DNA of 63,448 nucleotides, counting the filler, from Reticulomyxa filosa (taxonomy: Eukaryota > Protista > Foraminifera): the NCBI GenBank assembly GCA_000512085.1. It is 12 parts of 12 records of this genome, joined end to end, with 100 filler letters (N's around TTAATTAATTAA, not from the genome) between each part and the next. Parts side by side here need not be neighbours in the genome. Positions count along the whole stretch, not along the records: positions 1 to 8,756 come from ASPP01027212.1; positions 8,857 to 17,127 come from ASPP01005530.1; 10 more parts are not named here. The stretch is one strand, 5' to 3'. Shown one piece after another: positions 1 to 13,533 of this stretch (position 1 is the first letter of the stretch; the number at the start of each line of letters is the position of its first letter). Below the pieces are notes generated by a model. That model did not search any database. It was not told the DNA's origin and was given only the letters and a program-made list of their open reading frames with translations. A program made the translations under genes and the position numbers.

Positions 1-70
1 CAATACATACTCATCAAATTGCATATATGTATTATGTATAAATGTATATATATATATATATATAAATAGA

Positions 71-3000
71 TCATTTAAACTGCTGTCTCTCTTTTGTGTG
101 GCCATACAAATTGGATTTCAGCAGAAAGTCGAACCACTTTCCGAAAGACTGTGTCCAATGGTTTGTCTGTGACCAGGTGTCAGTATCTTCAATCCGAAAC
201 ACGTCACTACTTTGTGAAAGATCATCTCCTGGGATATCTTTTTCATTATTTGTGTTCAGTGAACTGGGCAAAGGCAGCGATGGCACCAAGTAGTTATTGA
301 CATTCCAATGCATGTCACCATCTCTGTCGTGTTCTTGATCGGGCCAATTCCAATATGAAAGCTTATCTTTGGACAATGATTCGATGTGTGGAATATGCAA
401 AGTAGAGCGGATGAAAACCGAGCCATCGGGTAACAACGAAGACGGAGTAGGGGACGAAACGCTCTGAAAGTGCAAAGTCCCTTGCATACCGGTTCCATTG
501 ACTTGGACGCTTTCTAAAAAGGTGTGATTGTTACGTAAATATAGACGAGTGCTATGAAAGCCAATGTGTCGAGGAAAAAAGTAGACAGGACCGAGAAAGC
601 CCTGTTCGAATGGATGCAAGACGAGAGACTTGACAGTCGGGATGAATACAGCATTGCTAGTGTCAATGAGCTGAGCAAATGAAATTTCAATGGTTTGATT
701 AAAGACATTAGCGACAGGGACATAAAGTCCGAGAGAGGAGCCGACATCCACCATTCCAAAGTCCAAACCGCGACATTGAATGATTGATGGCATTTGCAAA
801 GAGGCCTGAATAAGCAATGGAATTTTTCCCAATTGTGGCGACCACAAATCGACTATCCAAGTCATTTCCGTGAGATTCTTTTGCAATAACGTGTTCCACA
901 TGTAACCGCGATAGTTATCCACGACCAATTCCAACAGAGACACTCCTTTGTTGTCGTGCAATCCGGTCATTGTCATGTTCGGATTCTCGTCCACCATTTT
1001 GTGAAACAGTAAATACAATTGATATGCGTTGCTGCTCACAAAGTGTTCATTCTTTAAAAGACTTTCTTCACACAATTCTATCTTTATGTAGTCGTATTCA
1101 CGTGATGATAATAGCTTTATTGGATTCAATTGAACTTTACCAATTTCCATCTTTTATTTTTATTATTATTATTATTTATTGTATTTGCGTTTGTGTTGTC
1201 TGACATACTTATTTTGATGTAAATAGACATCTGGCAACCTACCATGGAATGCGAAGGGACGATTGTGTTGGTGAGTATCACATCAACACTATCGTCATTG
1301 GAGAGCATCAAGTCTCGGATTTGCAAGTCGATGTTGTAGTGATTGACAAGGAACAATCGTCGACTCAGTGGCGATTGGTACGGCCAAGACGGGCCAAATG
1401 CAATTGGATTTGGGACAAATTGATAGTGTCCATATGCCATGTTCCACTCCACACGTATTCTCAAAATCGAGTTCCTCAGTGCTGTATTCATCCATCGATA
1501 TTGGCATGCCATTGCATCTACTGTATTGCAAGTGAGCTTCTCTTGTTCGCTGTCATTGGGCCATGGATCACTGCTGTTTGAAGACAAATCGTTATCAAAG
1601 ATGTGTCTGGTCACAGAAGGGGCCATCGCACTGACATTCAAAAACGCGTACGAAACAAAGCCGCCGATTTGAGAAAGACATTGATCCATTGACTCGTAGG
1701 GATCATCGTCACACAAACTCCTTACCATTGACTCGTACAAACCAGTGGTCGACAAACCAATCGTCAAATAACTGAATGCATGGCTTTCTATCACGTCCAC
1801 GGATGAAGGCTTCAAATCCAATTCTCGTCGATGCAAATACGTATGCACTGGATCGTTCAACGCATACTGCTCCCACTCGGACTTTGCTTCTCCGTCTATT
1901 TGTTTGTTTCATTGCATTTAAAAAATAATAATTAAATGTTTCTTTTGTGCGTGTATACATACATACATACATATATATATATATGTGTATGTGAAATAAA
2001 GTACTTTTTTGATTCGGGAGCAATGTCGTCTCCATCGGTGTTACTTTCAGACTTAATGGGTTATCATTGTGCAGTGCAAGCGTATGTGTCAGCTGCGCTC
2101 CATACGGAATGATACCAAAGTTGAGGTGAATATCGACAACGCCACTTTGGAACAATTGGTGTTGGGATGTCCAATTGGACGACGAATGCCGAATAAACTG
2201 GTTGTATTCTTCCGACAAACGTTTGTTTACAATCACCACTTTTTTGGCCTTTGGACCATTTTCATAGTAAACGAAATAGCTCAAGCGCACCGATGTTGCA
2301 TCACTCTCTTCCTCGCCGCTGCTGGAATGAGGCTTCAAAAAGTTAATTTGCTTCAAGTGTCTGAGATTGGTTGCGTCAAACCAAAAGGGGTCCAATATCT
2401 CAACATTGCCGTTGTTCTTGTCACTGTCATTGCTCGTATCGACTGTGGTCATGATACAAGGGTTGACACATAAATACATATATAAATATATAAATATATA
2501 TATAAACATATATGTATATATGTTTATACATGTATGTATTGTATTGTATAGAAAAGATGAAGCAAACAAGAAGAAGAAAAAACAGCAGCGGTTCCAACGT
2601 CTTGTGGCATGTGCGCAGATTCAAAGCGTAAATCTCCGTGATAAATGGTGAAAGGGATATGGAACAAGGAGAAATTGGTGGTGAGCAGAAGCGTTTCTTG
2701 TGCGAGACTTTTGTTGGAGATGGACTCGAATTGAACGATGCCAATGGACGCGGTATGTCCAGAAGGGATAATTTTGTGTTGTGGAAAGTCGACGATTCGA
2801 ATATCTTTGGAGTCGATTTTTAGCATTAGCAATTGCATCGACGACAAAAAGTTGTTGGTAAGATATAGCGTTCGTTGGTATGTCCAAAATTGCGGTTTGC
2901 TCGTTGCCGATTGCCACTTCGGAATTCTTGCAAATAATGTTTGTTCAATCGAGTAATTGATATTGCCAATAACACTCGTCCTTTGTAATGGCTCCATATT

Positions 3001-5955
3001 CGACGTTCGCAGACATCCGAAGCTTGGCGATTGATTTCCACATGCACAAGTTGATCCTCTGCTTCAAAGGTGCAATTTTCAATTACGACGCAGCTATCTT
3101 CCTGTCGTGTCCGATCGCTGATATTACCCAAGCCACACACTTGGCATTGTTCTTTTTCTTCCATTTCCTCTTTTAATCTTGCTTTGTCTTTGCCTTTGTG
3201 TTTGCTTTTGTTCTCATCACCATTGTTGTTGTCATTGTCATTGTCATTGCCATTGGACGAATGCATGTGTTTGTCATTGGTTTGGTTTTTATCTTTCGAT
3301 TAAACATAATTCCGCAAAAAATAAAAATAAAAACAGTTATTTTTTTTAACGTGAAATAGTGATCTTTTTTTTATTTTGAAAAAAAAAAAAAAAAAGAATG
3401 AACGAAACCGATAAGCATTTGAGCGAAAGACCCAAAGTCGGCACTTTGCAACACAACGATTTCCACAAGTCCATCGATTTCGATATTCACCTTTTTCGGC
3501 CGTTGTGACTTTCTACCCTGACGAACCATCGATGGCGTCGCAGTGAGTTCCAGCGTTCCGATCGTCACCATTTGCTTTGGCAGAACGAGTACTTGCTGTA
3601 ATGCATCATCCCATCCACAAACACAAACACAAACATTTTCTCTCTTCAATTACGATATTGTCGATATGTCAAAACAAACAAATAAATAAACAAATGTACA
3701 TATACACATACATATATATACATAAATATATGTATATATATATGTGTAGACAAAACATGATGAAAAAGTGGAGTGAGGAGCAAAGAGTTGTGGGGATGGA
3801 AGGAGCGATTATTGGATTGAAGGAAGTGCACACTGGCAATGACCAAAGGATATTCGTCCCCATTGTAAAACTTGATCGGACGGATCTGTTTCTCTCGCAA
3901 TCGTGTCAACACCCAAAATCGATATCATTCGAATACATTAAACTCTTCATTGCTTGTTCTCTCTCATTTCCATCTCCTCTCAATGCAAATCCATTCGATG
4001 GGTTGTTTTTTATTCGATCACTTTTTCGAAACACAGGGTACGGTTGTGGTTGCGATGATGACTGCGATTGCAATTGCAATGGACGTTTTCGTTTCGATTG
4101 TAATTGTTCATTCAACGAATGTGTGCTTTCAACAATCGTCGATTCGTTGGCACGCTTTTCCGTCAATGGAAAATCTTTATCCTTCTTTTTTTTTTTTTTT
4201 TTTTTATTTTTTTTCGCTATATGTGGGTATATGAACGTTTCAAGCAGATGGAAGAAAGAGGGGTGCATTAACAAATACATAAAAAAAAAAGTGTAATGGA
4301 TTACAGTTTTATGTATGTGTATGGAAGTGCTACCGAAAAAAATAAGGAAATGAAGTGGAATGAACAAGGTGTCGACGCTTGCGTTGAGAACCACGACAGG
4401 ATGAACCCACAAAGCAGTCGCGTTGGCATTGATGTTTGAATGAGAGGAGTAATCAGCGATATTGTTTTCAAACGGGTTGGTATGATGGACGTAGGGATAG
4501 TCATTGGGATAGGTGTTATGTTGCGCCAAGCACGGTGGAACATGCATGGAACAAGTAAAGTGAAACGAAGGCGATCGCGACAACATCAGCATGTTTTTCT
4601 TGTGTTTGCCATCGAATACCACTTTCAATACTACCCACGTACTTTTTCCTGGAATTTTCATTTTTGCGTATATACATAAATGTTTTACAAAACTGCTATA
4701 CATACATATATAATTATATGTAAATGTAAGTAACATGTCGAACAGGAACGACTTTGAAAAAAGCGAAAGGCAAAGGAGACTGAATGGTGACATTGGAAAT
4801 GAGCAAAGACGAAGCTAGGGGATTTGTGATTTGAATCAAACCTTGCCACGATTGACGCGAGGTCAACACAACAGTTTGCAAAGGTATTCCTTGAATACGG
4901 TAAATATCACGCAATCCCCTTCCCGATACGCGCAGATACACGCTACCCAAGTCCGTGGTGATCCTCACCACGCCGTTGATCACACCGTGCATTCGCGGAA
5001 TAAACCTCACTTCCAATGTCTTTTCTTCTCCCGGCTCAAGCACTTGACCCTTTTCCATTACGTTGCAAACAAACAGAGATTGACAACGTCCGGAACAAAT
5101 GTGGGAATACGTATGGTCATGAATAAATATATATACATTTACATATACGTATATGTATATAAATAAATAAATATATATATATATATATATGTGTATGATA
5201 TATGCATGCGAATAGTGAAAAAAGAATAGAAAGACGAAACAGGATAAAGGAGAGGATGGATTGTAAATTGAGTGTCATTGATATGAACATCAATAATAGA
5301 AATGCTCATCGATGTTGGATTCACTACTTGTACTGTTGTCTCCGACATTGTATACCAATCTTCTTTTTTTTTTGTTTGTTTATTTGTTTGTAAAGATATG
5401 TTAGTTACACTTTAAAGATATTAATAAAAATAATTATAATAATAGCGACGCATGTATTACTAAAGCTAAGCGTATGCATAACAGAGTATAACACAAATCA
5501 TATTTGAGAATGTAGAGAACCTGTCATGAAACTGTAAAGAGATTGGCCGAAAGATCAGATTGCCAGGCTCATTTACGCATTGTCTTTCATCCACTTCGTT
5601 CTTGATTGCTTCAACAACCTCTTTTTTTTAAACATACATTGCACATCATGCATTGATACAACTTTTCTTTCCATACAAACAATATACATAAATAAAAAAT
5701 TTTACATTTCATTCCTCTTCCCTTCTTCCTCCCTTCCCCCTTTTTTTCATTACACCCTCCACGTAGGGACCCTGCCATCTTTGCCCAAAAATAAAAATTG
5801 CAAGAAACATTGGCTGTGTTTTAGTCTTCTCCTTTTTTAAATTAAAAAAATTAATTTTTCTTTCTGTCATTGTGAACACCTGCGGATTTGGCCAGCGTTG
5901 TACACACTGACCACAAGACATAATAGGACAAGATGAGTAGTGTAGTAAGATTCAT
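71..5955 (-). CDS. TMEM131: TMEM131-like multi-Ig/PapD-like domain secretory protein; multi-exon, probably continues beyond the window start
   Basis: Exon 1 starts at ATG 5955 and encodes a signal peptide (MNLTTLLILSYYVLWSVCTTLAKSA). Later exons encode LIFRPISLQFHD, LEPGEEKTLEVRFIPR..GVVRITTDLGSVYLRVSGRG..YRIQG and LYLRNNHTFLESVQVNGTG, resembling TMEM131 motifs (IRFEPPMLDFH, YQVFGVGVPNPYRL, IVRNNLTVMDAVMVQGQG). ORFs 4714-5058, 2524-2997, 1709-2569, 1126-1860 and 71-1150 join via GT-AG introns. Confidence 0.8.
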
Positions 5956-6960
5956 GGTTTGAACGGAGATTCCGAGATAAGATATACACGAATTAAACGA
6001 TGAATCTTTTTTGACGTTATTTTAGTCGTAAATTATTAGCAATGCAAATAAGCATTCAAATTTCAAATTTAACAAATTGAGCATGCAATAAAATAGGGCT
6101 TGCTCAGTATTTGTTGAACTGAATTTTCTGTTTCCGTTTTACGGTCAACAGGATTACATTCGCAAAAGTTTTGAAAGTGTTTATCGAACAAATGAAGAAA
6201 AAAGAGTCAATGAAAGCAATTCCTTTATTAAACTTCTAAAATAAGAATATATTCAATGAAAAATAATTAATTCACAATTTAAATAACTTGTATAAAGATT
6301 AGAAAAAAAAAATTGTTCAATACAAAGCAAAAAAAAAAATTGTAAAATCAATCTTAACACAGTTTAAAAAGCTTTTTGTTGTAATTGAGTCCCATTCAAT
6401 TAGCCATTTAAAAATAGATAAATGAACAAAGTAAATAAGGTTATACAATGAAAAACGTTGCATTGGCCATACCAAGCACCGACTTTGTGTTTGTCATTGG
6501 AATTGTCAATGCGAATGTTTTCTTTGTTATTCCAAGCAAAGTGTTTGTTCTGTTTTTTTTGAAGTAGCAATTGCTGGAAAACAACAAATAATACTGAAAC
6601 TTGCCATTCCGTGAATGAACAATAACCTTTTCATTGTATAAATGAAATAATTTTTTTGTTGAAAAAAAATTACTATTTCTACGCATAAATTGGGCCATAA
6701 ATGAATAATATAACACATTAATAGATAATTATTTATTGTTTTGACTAATAGTTAACAATTACTTGAATTTCACTTAGTATAAGATTCATTTTTATATTGA
6801 CTTTGGACATGGTACTATAGTTATTCGGATTGAATTGTTGCTTTTGTTGTTTCAGTGATTTGTTTATGTTAGTATTTGATTTTATTCATATTATAATATT
6901 GTAGTCTTGTTCTATATTTTTATATTTACAATCTGAGCAAAGCAGTTTTCCTTTAGATAC

Positions 6961-7153
6961 TGTAGAGAGATGCAAGAAAGATAGCTTTCTAGAGATTGTG
7001 TTAGATAAAAGTGAAAGTGAAATTTAAATAAAAGAAAAGGGTAAAGAGTTGAATTATTACAACTCTCACAAACACTTAGTAATTCTCAACATACACGTAC
7101 ACATTGCAAATTCCCATTCGATATGCTCTTTTTTGGTATACACAATCACTACA
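6961..7153 (-). mobile_element. Putative solo-LTR-like element (divergent)
   Basis: Bounded by TGTAG...CTACA and 193 bp long. The internal AAAGTGAAATTTAAATAAAAGAAA resembles the core of the LTRs at 8907, 26606 and 49164. No target-site duplication seen. Confidence 0.35.
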
Positions 7154-7757
7154 AAATTCTTCTAACAAAAAAGTTTTGAATTGACTATCGAATAGTCTAC
7201 AAATTTGCAATCGTTGTTAGTTCTTGAAATAATAAGATGCTAACATAAGCAAATACAAAAAAAGAAGAATGTATTTCTGGATATTTAATTAAATATGACA
7301 AATATTGAAACGTAAGAAAGGAGAAAACCTAGTTTTTGTCAAAGAGAAAAACTCACAACTATCTTTTTTTTCAGACGAAAAGAAGGGAATAGGTCAAGCG
7401 GAGAACAGAGAGGATTGTCTGTATCTTGGCTAGTTTCTTGACGCAAGATAACTGTTCTAAATGAATGTAAAATCCTGCATGCCTTTGTCAACTGATTCAG
7501 AAAAAGCTCAATAATAATTTAAAAGCTCAAACAAAAATTTTGTTGTATAAAAAAATGTGCCTGAATATTTTTTTTAATTTGTAAAGTTAAGTTCAGTTTA
7601 TCAATTTGCATAATGACAAATTGCTGGTATTTCAATGAATAGAATCATTTTTTAAAAGGATATAGTCTTAAAACAACTTTAAAAAAATAATGGAGCAAAT
7701 TGCATTAATTCAGTGCTTTCTCATGTTTACATTGAATAACATCAAATAAAAAAGGGT

Positions 7758-8756
7758 TTATTCTGTGCGTCTTTTTTTAGTTGGTGGCTCAAGAGTCTCG
7801 TCAGAGTCCTCAAGTTTTTCATTTTCTTTTTCCAAAGTGTGTAAAAGTTCTTGGAGTTCATCAGAGTTATATCCATCTAGCATTTCCTTCCAATTTTGTC
7901 CTAAAGCATTTTCTAACGTATGATCTTCCTTTTCGTCTTCATTGTCACTCCCATCACTCAAAAAATTTTCCACATCATCATCACCTTGCACATTACCTGC
8001 ACGCGTGTCGCTTGCCTCCACATTATCAGCTATGTCATCAACTGTGGGTATATCATTCCAAAACTGATCATTCTCATCATCACCATTATTTGTATTATCC
8101 CCATCATCGTTATTATTATTATTATTATTATTATCATCGCCATCACCATTATTCTCATTATTATCATCAGCGTGTGGTTTGTCTTGAATGGAGGGATCGA
8201 AATGTGTTTCAAATTGTTTGGAGAACAAGACAGACGTGAGCCTTTGTTTCAAATAAAGTTGGAGCAACGGGAAATGAGGTCTGTTGAAGCGATGAACAGT
8301 TAAATATCTGCCCAAGCCAACAGAGGCAAACATTTCTTTGGTGGGATGGCAATCAATATCTCGAACGCTACCCAAGACAGCATTTCTGTACCTGCGATAC
8401 ATGCGCCCTCTCTCATAAATGGACATCAAATAATCGAATTCGAAGACGAAGCCATTGCTCATACCAACCAATAGCTTTTGTTTGGATTTGACCTTGACAC
8501 AAGTGACGCCATAGCCATCGGCCATCGTTTGCACCAACGCCGTCTTATCACTTCGCAAATCGAACAAAAACACTTGGACTGCAACGTGTCCACCACGCAA
8601 ATATTGGGATCCATTTTCAATCAATCCAAGTTATTGATAGTCGTGGGTTGTGCCAACTTCAAATAATCGACCCGTCGCTTCCCTTTTATTCTTCATAAAA
8701 AATCTCACATTTCCACATAATGATCATTCCCACCAATCGTTATGTATGGAACAACC
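7758..8756 (-). CDS. WDR74: WDR74/Nsa1 ribosome biogenesis WD40 protein, 5'-partial, with acidic C-terminal tail
   Basis: GSVRDIDCHPTKEMFASVGLGRYLTVH...LYLKQRLTSVLF matches the WDR74/Nsa1 C-terminal blades. The protein ends in a basic NLS-like PPTKKRRTE. Confidence 0.75.
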
Positions 8757-8856
8757 NNNNNNNNNNNNNNNNNNNNNNNNNNNNNNNNNNNNNNNNNNNN
8801 TTAATTAATTAANNNNNNNNNNNNNNNNNNNNNNNNNNNNNNNNNNNNNNNNNNNN
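8757..8856. other. Artificial contig-joining linker (44N-TTAATTAATTAA-44N); first of 11
   Basis: Identical 100-nt spacer with stops in all six frames, also at 17128-17227, 25320-25419, 45556-45655, 47737-47836, 49381-49480, 52388-52487, 54168-54267, 55378-55477, 59653-59752 and 60815-60914. Confidence 0.98.
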
Positions 8857-8906
8857 TTTTCCTTTTTGGGCCTCTCTTTTAATTTTTTGTTTTTTTTTTA
8901 TTTGTA

Positions 8907-9142
8907 TGTAAGAGCTGTTGCTGCTGAAGGAGACCGCGCTAAATGTAATACGAAAAGTGGTAAACTCTTTCGATCAGGTTTTCAATAACTCAAAGTAATT
9001 TAAATAAATAAAGTAGAAATGACAAAAACAATAATGAAAGAGTAAAGGGAAAAAGCACAATAAAGGTTGTTGTGAAGAGTTGGGAAAGTGTAACCACCGG
9101 GGGTTCATCAGCCCCTTTTACTTTATAGGAGCTTCTTTTACA
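8907..9142 (-). mobile_element. Solo LTR related to the LTR at 49164-49378
   Basis: TGTAAGAG...CTTTTACA termini. Colinear with 49164-49378, sharing CTAAATGTAATACGAAAA, TAAACTCTTTCGA, AAAGGTTGTTGTGAA and TCATCAGCCCCTTTTACTTTATAGGAGCTTCT. No adjacent PBS or PPT. Confidence 0.75.
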
Positions 9143-9764
9143 GGTTGAACAAAATATTGCCAATTTTATATATTTTTTTAGACATTATTGTAAAAGTTGT
9201 TTTGAGCTATATAATTAAGTCGTCTGAATCACATAAGTAAATAGAAATTATGTGTATTAATTTTGATTTTTATTTTGGTAATTTTGTATTAATTTTGTTT
9301 GGTATTATTTTTTGTTCTATCAATTACTTGTTGTTAGATAATGACGCAGTCATTTTACAATCTGTTTAATTTTATATGCTTATCTTGATTTGACTTAACA
9401 CTGTTACTCAGTGTTCATAATCAATTGCACTTATAATTTTTTTTTTTCGTTTACAGTATTCATTTTTTTGGAATAACATATTTTGTTCTATACTTATTAA
9501 AGTAATTGCTTTCAAAGCGACTTCTTGATCTATCGGAAAATATTTGTTGAAGTTGTTCGAGCATGATGATAAAATAGTTTTCTTAATTAGAAGTTCTTCA
9601 AATAAAAAACGATATTTTTTAAACAAAAATAGTAAGTGTATGTCAATCTGTATAACGTGAGGACATTGTTTCTTTTTTAAAAAAAGTGTGGCAAAACAAA
9701 AGCCTTTTTGACGTTCCTCGCTAAAAGATATTTATTTTTTTTTAGCGATTGTTTATTGCGCAAA

Positions 9765-10540
9765 ATGGAGAGAGAAGGAGTGTATCCAGAACCAATTTTT
9801 CTGTTGCGTCATGATATTGTTGTTCGCCTTATGCGCTTGTGGGCAAGCCATCAAAAAAAAAACCTGCCCTCAGGCGTGACAAATTTGGTTTCGTTCTTCG
9901 CGATCGGAATTAGCAGTATTTTGAAAATAGAGCAAGTCCGCATTTTGAAGGATTGGATCGCAGAGGAGTTAAACAAAGAACGCATAGAAAAAGCAGAACA
10001 AGAGAAAAATTCAGGCGCAATGGCGTATTATTCAAAGAAGCCAGAGATCAATGCACACGAGGTTTGCTTTGAAATACTTTTCCGAAAATCGGTTCATCCT
10101 TTTACATACAATGAATTTCACAATTGCTGTGATTATCGTGCCCCTTTGCTCCTTGTAATGAACGCCAAAGATAACCAAGACGTTATTTTTGGCGCGTATA
10201 TGCACGAGCATATGAACCAGCTTCAAACAAATACGTTCATTGAGGACAAATATTGTTTTTTGTTTACTTTTAATCCCAACACTGGTGACAAGAAAGGAAG
10301 AAAATTCAAGTGCAACAACCCAGGGCGTGCCTTCCAATGTGGCGAAGATGCAGGGATTATGCTCGAGTTTGGAGAAGGGCCGGACCTTCGCATTTCTTGT
10401 GGTTCAGATGGAAACTTTGCAAATTTTCCGCACACTTTTGGCAGCTCTGCTGAAGGAGACACAAAGGCGCTGTTAGTGGGAGTTGATCGGGGAAATTCGA
10501 ATTGGATGAAATGGAAGCATTTGATCTTTCATGGGAGTAG
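9765..10540 (+). CDS. TLDc-domain protein; the C-terminal strand lies in the -1 frame after ~10493
   Basis: TLDc motifs FHNCCDYRAPLLLVM, VIFGAY, CFLFTF and FGEGPDLRI. The terminal TLDc motif KFELDEMEAF follows in the -1 frame and ends at TAG 10538-10540. An upstream exon is possible. Confidence 0.8.
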
Positions 10541-10961
10541 AAACATAACAACATCCCCTGACAGAAATTATTACTACCATTTTTTCCTTTTTACAAATCC
10601 CGTTTTAGTTTTTGTTGTTCGAGGTTGTTGTGAAATCAACCCATTGTATTTTTTTCCCCCTCTGTTGAAAGTAGAAACTTTTTCTTTGAAAATGTTTCAT
10701 TATATCATCGCATTTTTTTTTTTCAACTGCAAATGAACTTTTCAATTAAACCTTTTTTTTTTTTTTACACTTTTGACTCGCTGGCAAAAGAAGAAATGAC
10801 TGTCCATAGAGCAATTGAGAGTCAAAATGAAAAAATTTCAAATATTCTGACCGCTCAAAATGTTGTTTCTCTTCAGTCATTTCTTAACATGCACAAAAAA
10901 AAAAAACAACAATAACCAAACATTACAAATCTATCATAAAGACAGAGAAAGAATGCTTTGG

Positions 10962-12292
10962 TTAATTTTCCTGAGCTGTGATTTTAGTCAGCTGTTCCAA
11001 AATGTCTTCGAATGTCAGTCTAAACTCGCATTCTTTGTCCCAACAATCAGTCAACAAATCTTCGAGTTTATGAATGTTGGCGATCTTTTCATTGTTTAGA
11101 TCAGGACGTATATCCTTATTTACAACTAGGGCAGCCGCCTGTTGGACGGCCAATCCACGATACGGCCGTTCTTCAGCAAACAGCTCAAATAAGGAGATTC
11201 CAAATGCATAGACGTCAGATTTGTGAGTGTATATACTCTGTGTAATGCACTCTGGCGCCAGCCAATAAATATCTTCTGTCAAGTTGTCTTCTTCACTTGT
11301 TTCCTTCTTGTCTTTCTTATATTTGAAGCAACGCATGCCAAAATCGGCTACGACCACTCTGTAGTCATGTGTCACTAGTAAATTACGTGTCTATTTATTG
11401 GTTGTTTTTTTTTTTAAAGCCATCACATCATTCATTTTGACTTTGTCAATTGTAATTTTTTCTTGTCGTTATTATTATTTATTTATTTATTTTTGTTTTG
11501 TTTTTCACATTTCATGTTTTCCCCCTTCCCTCTCTATCTTCTCTCTTTTTCTAATCTTTACATACCGTGACATTTCCATGAACAATACCCTTTTCGTGCA
11601 AATACATCATCCCCAACGCCTGTTTAAGTTATTTCAACAACAAAAGCAAACCCTCACTAAATCAAAAAAAAGGCATTTTCCGCTCCCCCCCCCCCCTCCT
11701 CCCCTCCTTTCTGTCTTCCAAGCACGTTGTGTTGATATATATATATATATATATCATATATATGTATACGTAGGTGACATTACAATGGCAAGTTGACAAC
11801 TTTGGATGACGCAACAAAAGAAAGAATGAAAAAAAACAAAAAAACGAAAACAAAACAGAACAAAACAGCTTGCTTTGCCATATCCAATTTTTGCCGCGTA
11901 TTCAACTTTTGTTTGTAATTGACGTGAAACAAAAGATGAAACCAAGAGTGTCTGCTATAGTATTCAGTGATGATGGAGATGCGGCCTTGAGTGACACAAA
12001 TGGCGACAAATCTGGCAATGTGATTGTGTGGCCCAATGGACTTCATGATATTGGCATGTCTTCGAAAGAGGTCAAGATCACTTTGCTTCATATTCTGGTT
12101 ATGCATCAGCTTCACCGCGACCTCTTGGCCGCGATATTTGCCCTTTAGCACTCTACCGAATCTGCCCTCTCCAATCAGCATCGCGTCACTCATGTCAAGT
12201 GATTCATAATGAATTTCGTCTTCAGGGCCCAAAGTCTTTTTTTTTTTTTTTTTTGGTACGTATACACATATATGTACATACATAAATACAAA

Positions 12293-12329
<37 letters not shown>

Positions 12330-13437
12330 TTGTATTTATGTTATTTATCAATTAATATACCTTTTCGTCCAATGGTTCGTTTACGACTATTTTTATCGAA
12401 ACGCATAGTATTCGAATGCGACATGTTAACAAGTGTGACCGTCTTACTGTCTCGACGTGGTACATCGTCTTCCGCGTCCATTTGTTTGAACATCATATCG
12501 TCCTGCGTGCCGTCGCGATACCACATGCCGCCTTCGTTAACAAAGGAGTAGTTGTTCAACCCACGGTCTTTGTGCTGTCGAATGGAAGGCCTTTGCTTTT
12601 TGAGTGACAGGTCGGTGGATTGCATATGGTCGCGTGGTGTCATTTGATTGGTGATACGTTTGCCCCGGCCGCCCGTTTCTAATGTCCGCTTGTGTTGGTT
12701 GTTCTGCCGACTCCATTCGGTCGAATAGCGTCGTTTTGTCGTGAACATCTCGTAATCCACGCCATTGCCGGCGACGTGTCCCTGACTGCCCATATGCACG
12801 CCCGTCATTGACGACTCCTTGCCAACGTCCTTTCTTATCACAATCGAGTGCGGCGTGTTATCCTTCGTTCGGTCTTTCAGTTCCAAGGGATAATTGCGCG
12901 TCACCGTTATTAACTGCAGGGCATTGCCATTGGTACCGTTGGTATTGTTCGTGTTGCTGTTGTTATTATTGCTGTTGTTGTTGTTGTTGTTTCCGCCACT
13001 TAGTTTCGGTCTCAATTGAGCTGCCATCTCCAAATCGTCTGCTGAATTTAGTGCGCCACTCGTTGATTTGGAGAGTCGACTTCCAATGAACCTGGCATTC
13101 AAGTCAATTTATATATACGTATATGTATACATGTATGTGTATATAATTTTTTTTTTTTTTTTTTCATTGCATAGTAGTCCATGCGTAGATGTATAACCAA
13201 GGGCGATTTCAAAAAAAAAAAAAAAAAGGGAAGACCCCTTTGGCTTGCTTTCTCTAAGTCAAATAAGCGAACCTTTTCATAGGTCAGGAGAAGATGGGAA
13301 ACTTAACGTGTCTTTCGAGCGCTTATTTTTGTAATGGTCAATGGGTTCATATTCTATTTGAAAACAGCAAACAAAAAATATGAAATATGAAATATGAAAT
13401 ATGATATATGATATATGAAATATGAAATATGTACATG

Positions 13438-13474
<37 letters not shown>

Positions 13475-13497
13475 CTCACCTCTTATTTATTTGTAAA

Positions 13498-13533
<36 letters not shown>

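Noticed and set aside
8801-8812. Recurrent palindromic TTAATTAATTAA as a CRISPR-like or regulatory repeat
   Set aside because: It is always embedded in 44+44 N, so it is a synthetic six-frame-stop linker. Synteny across it is also untrustworthy.
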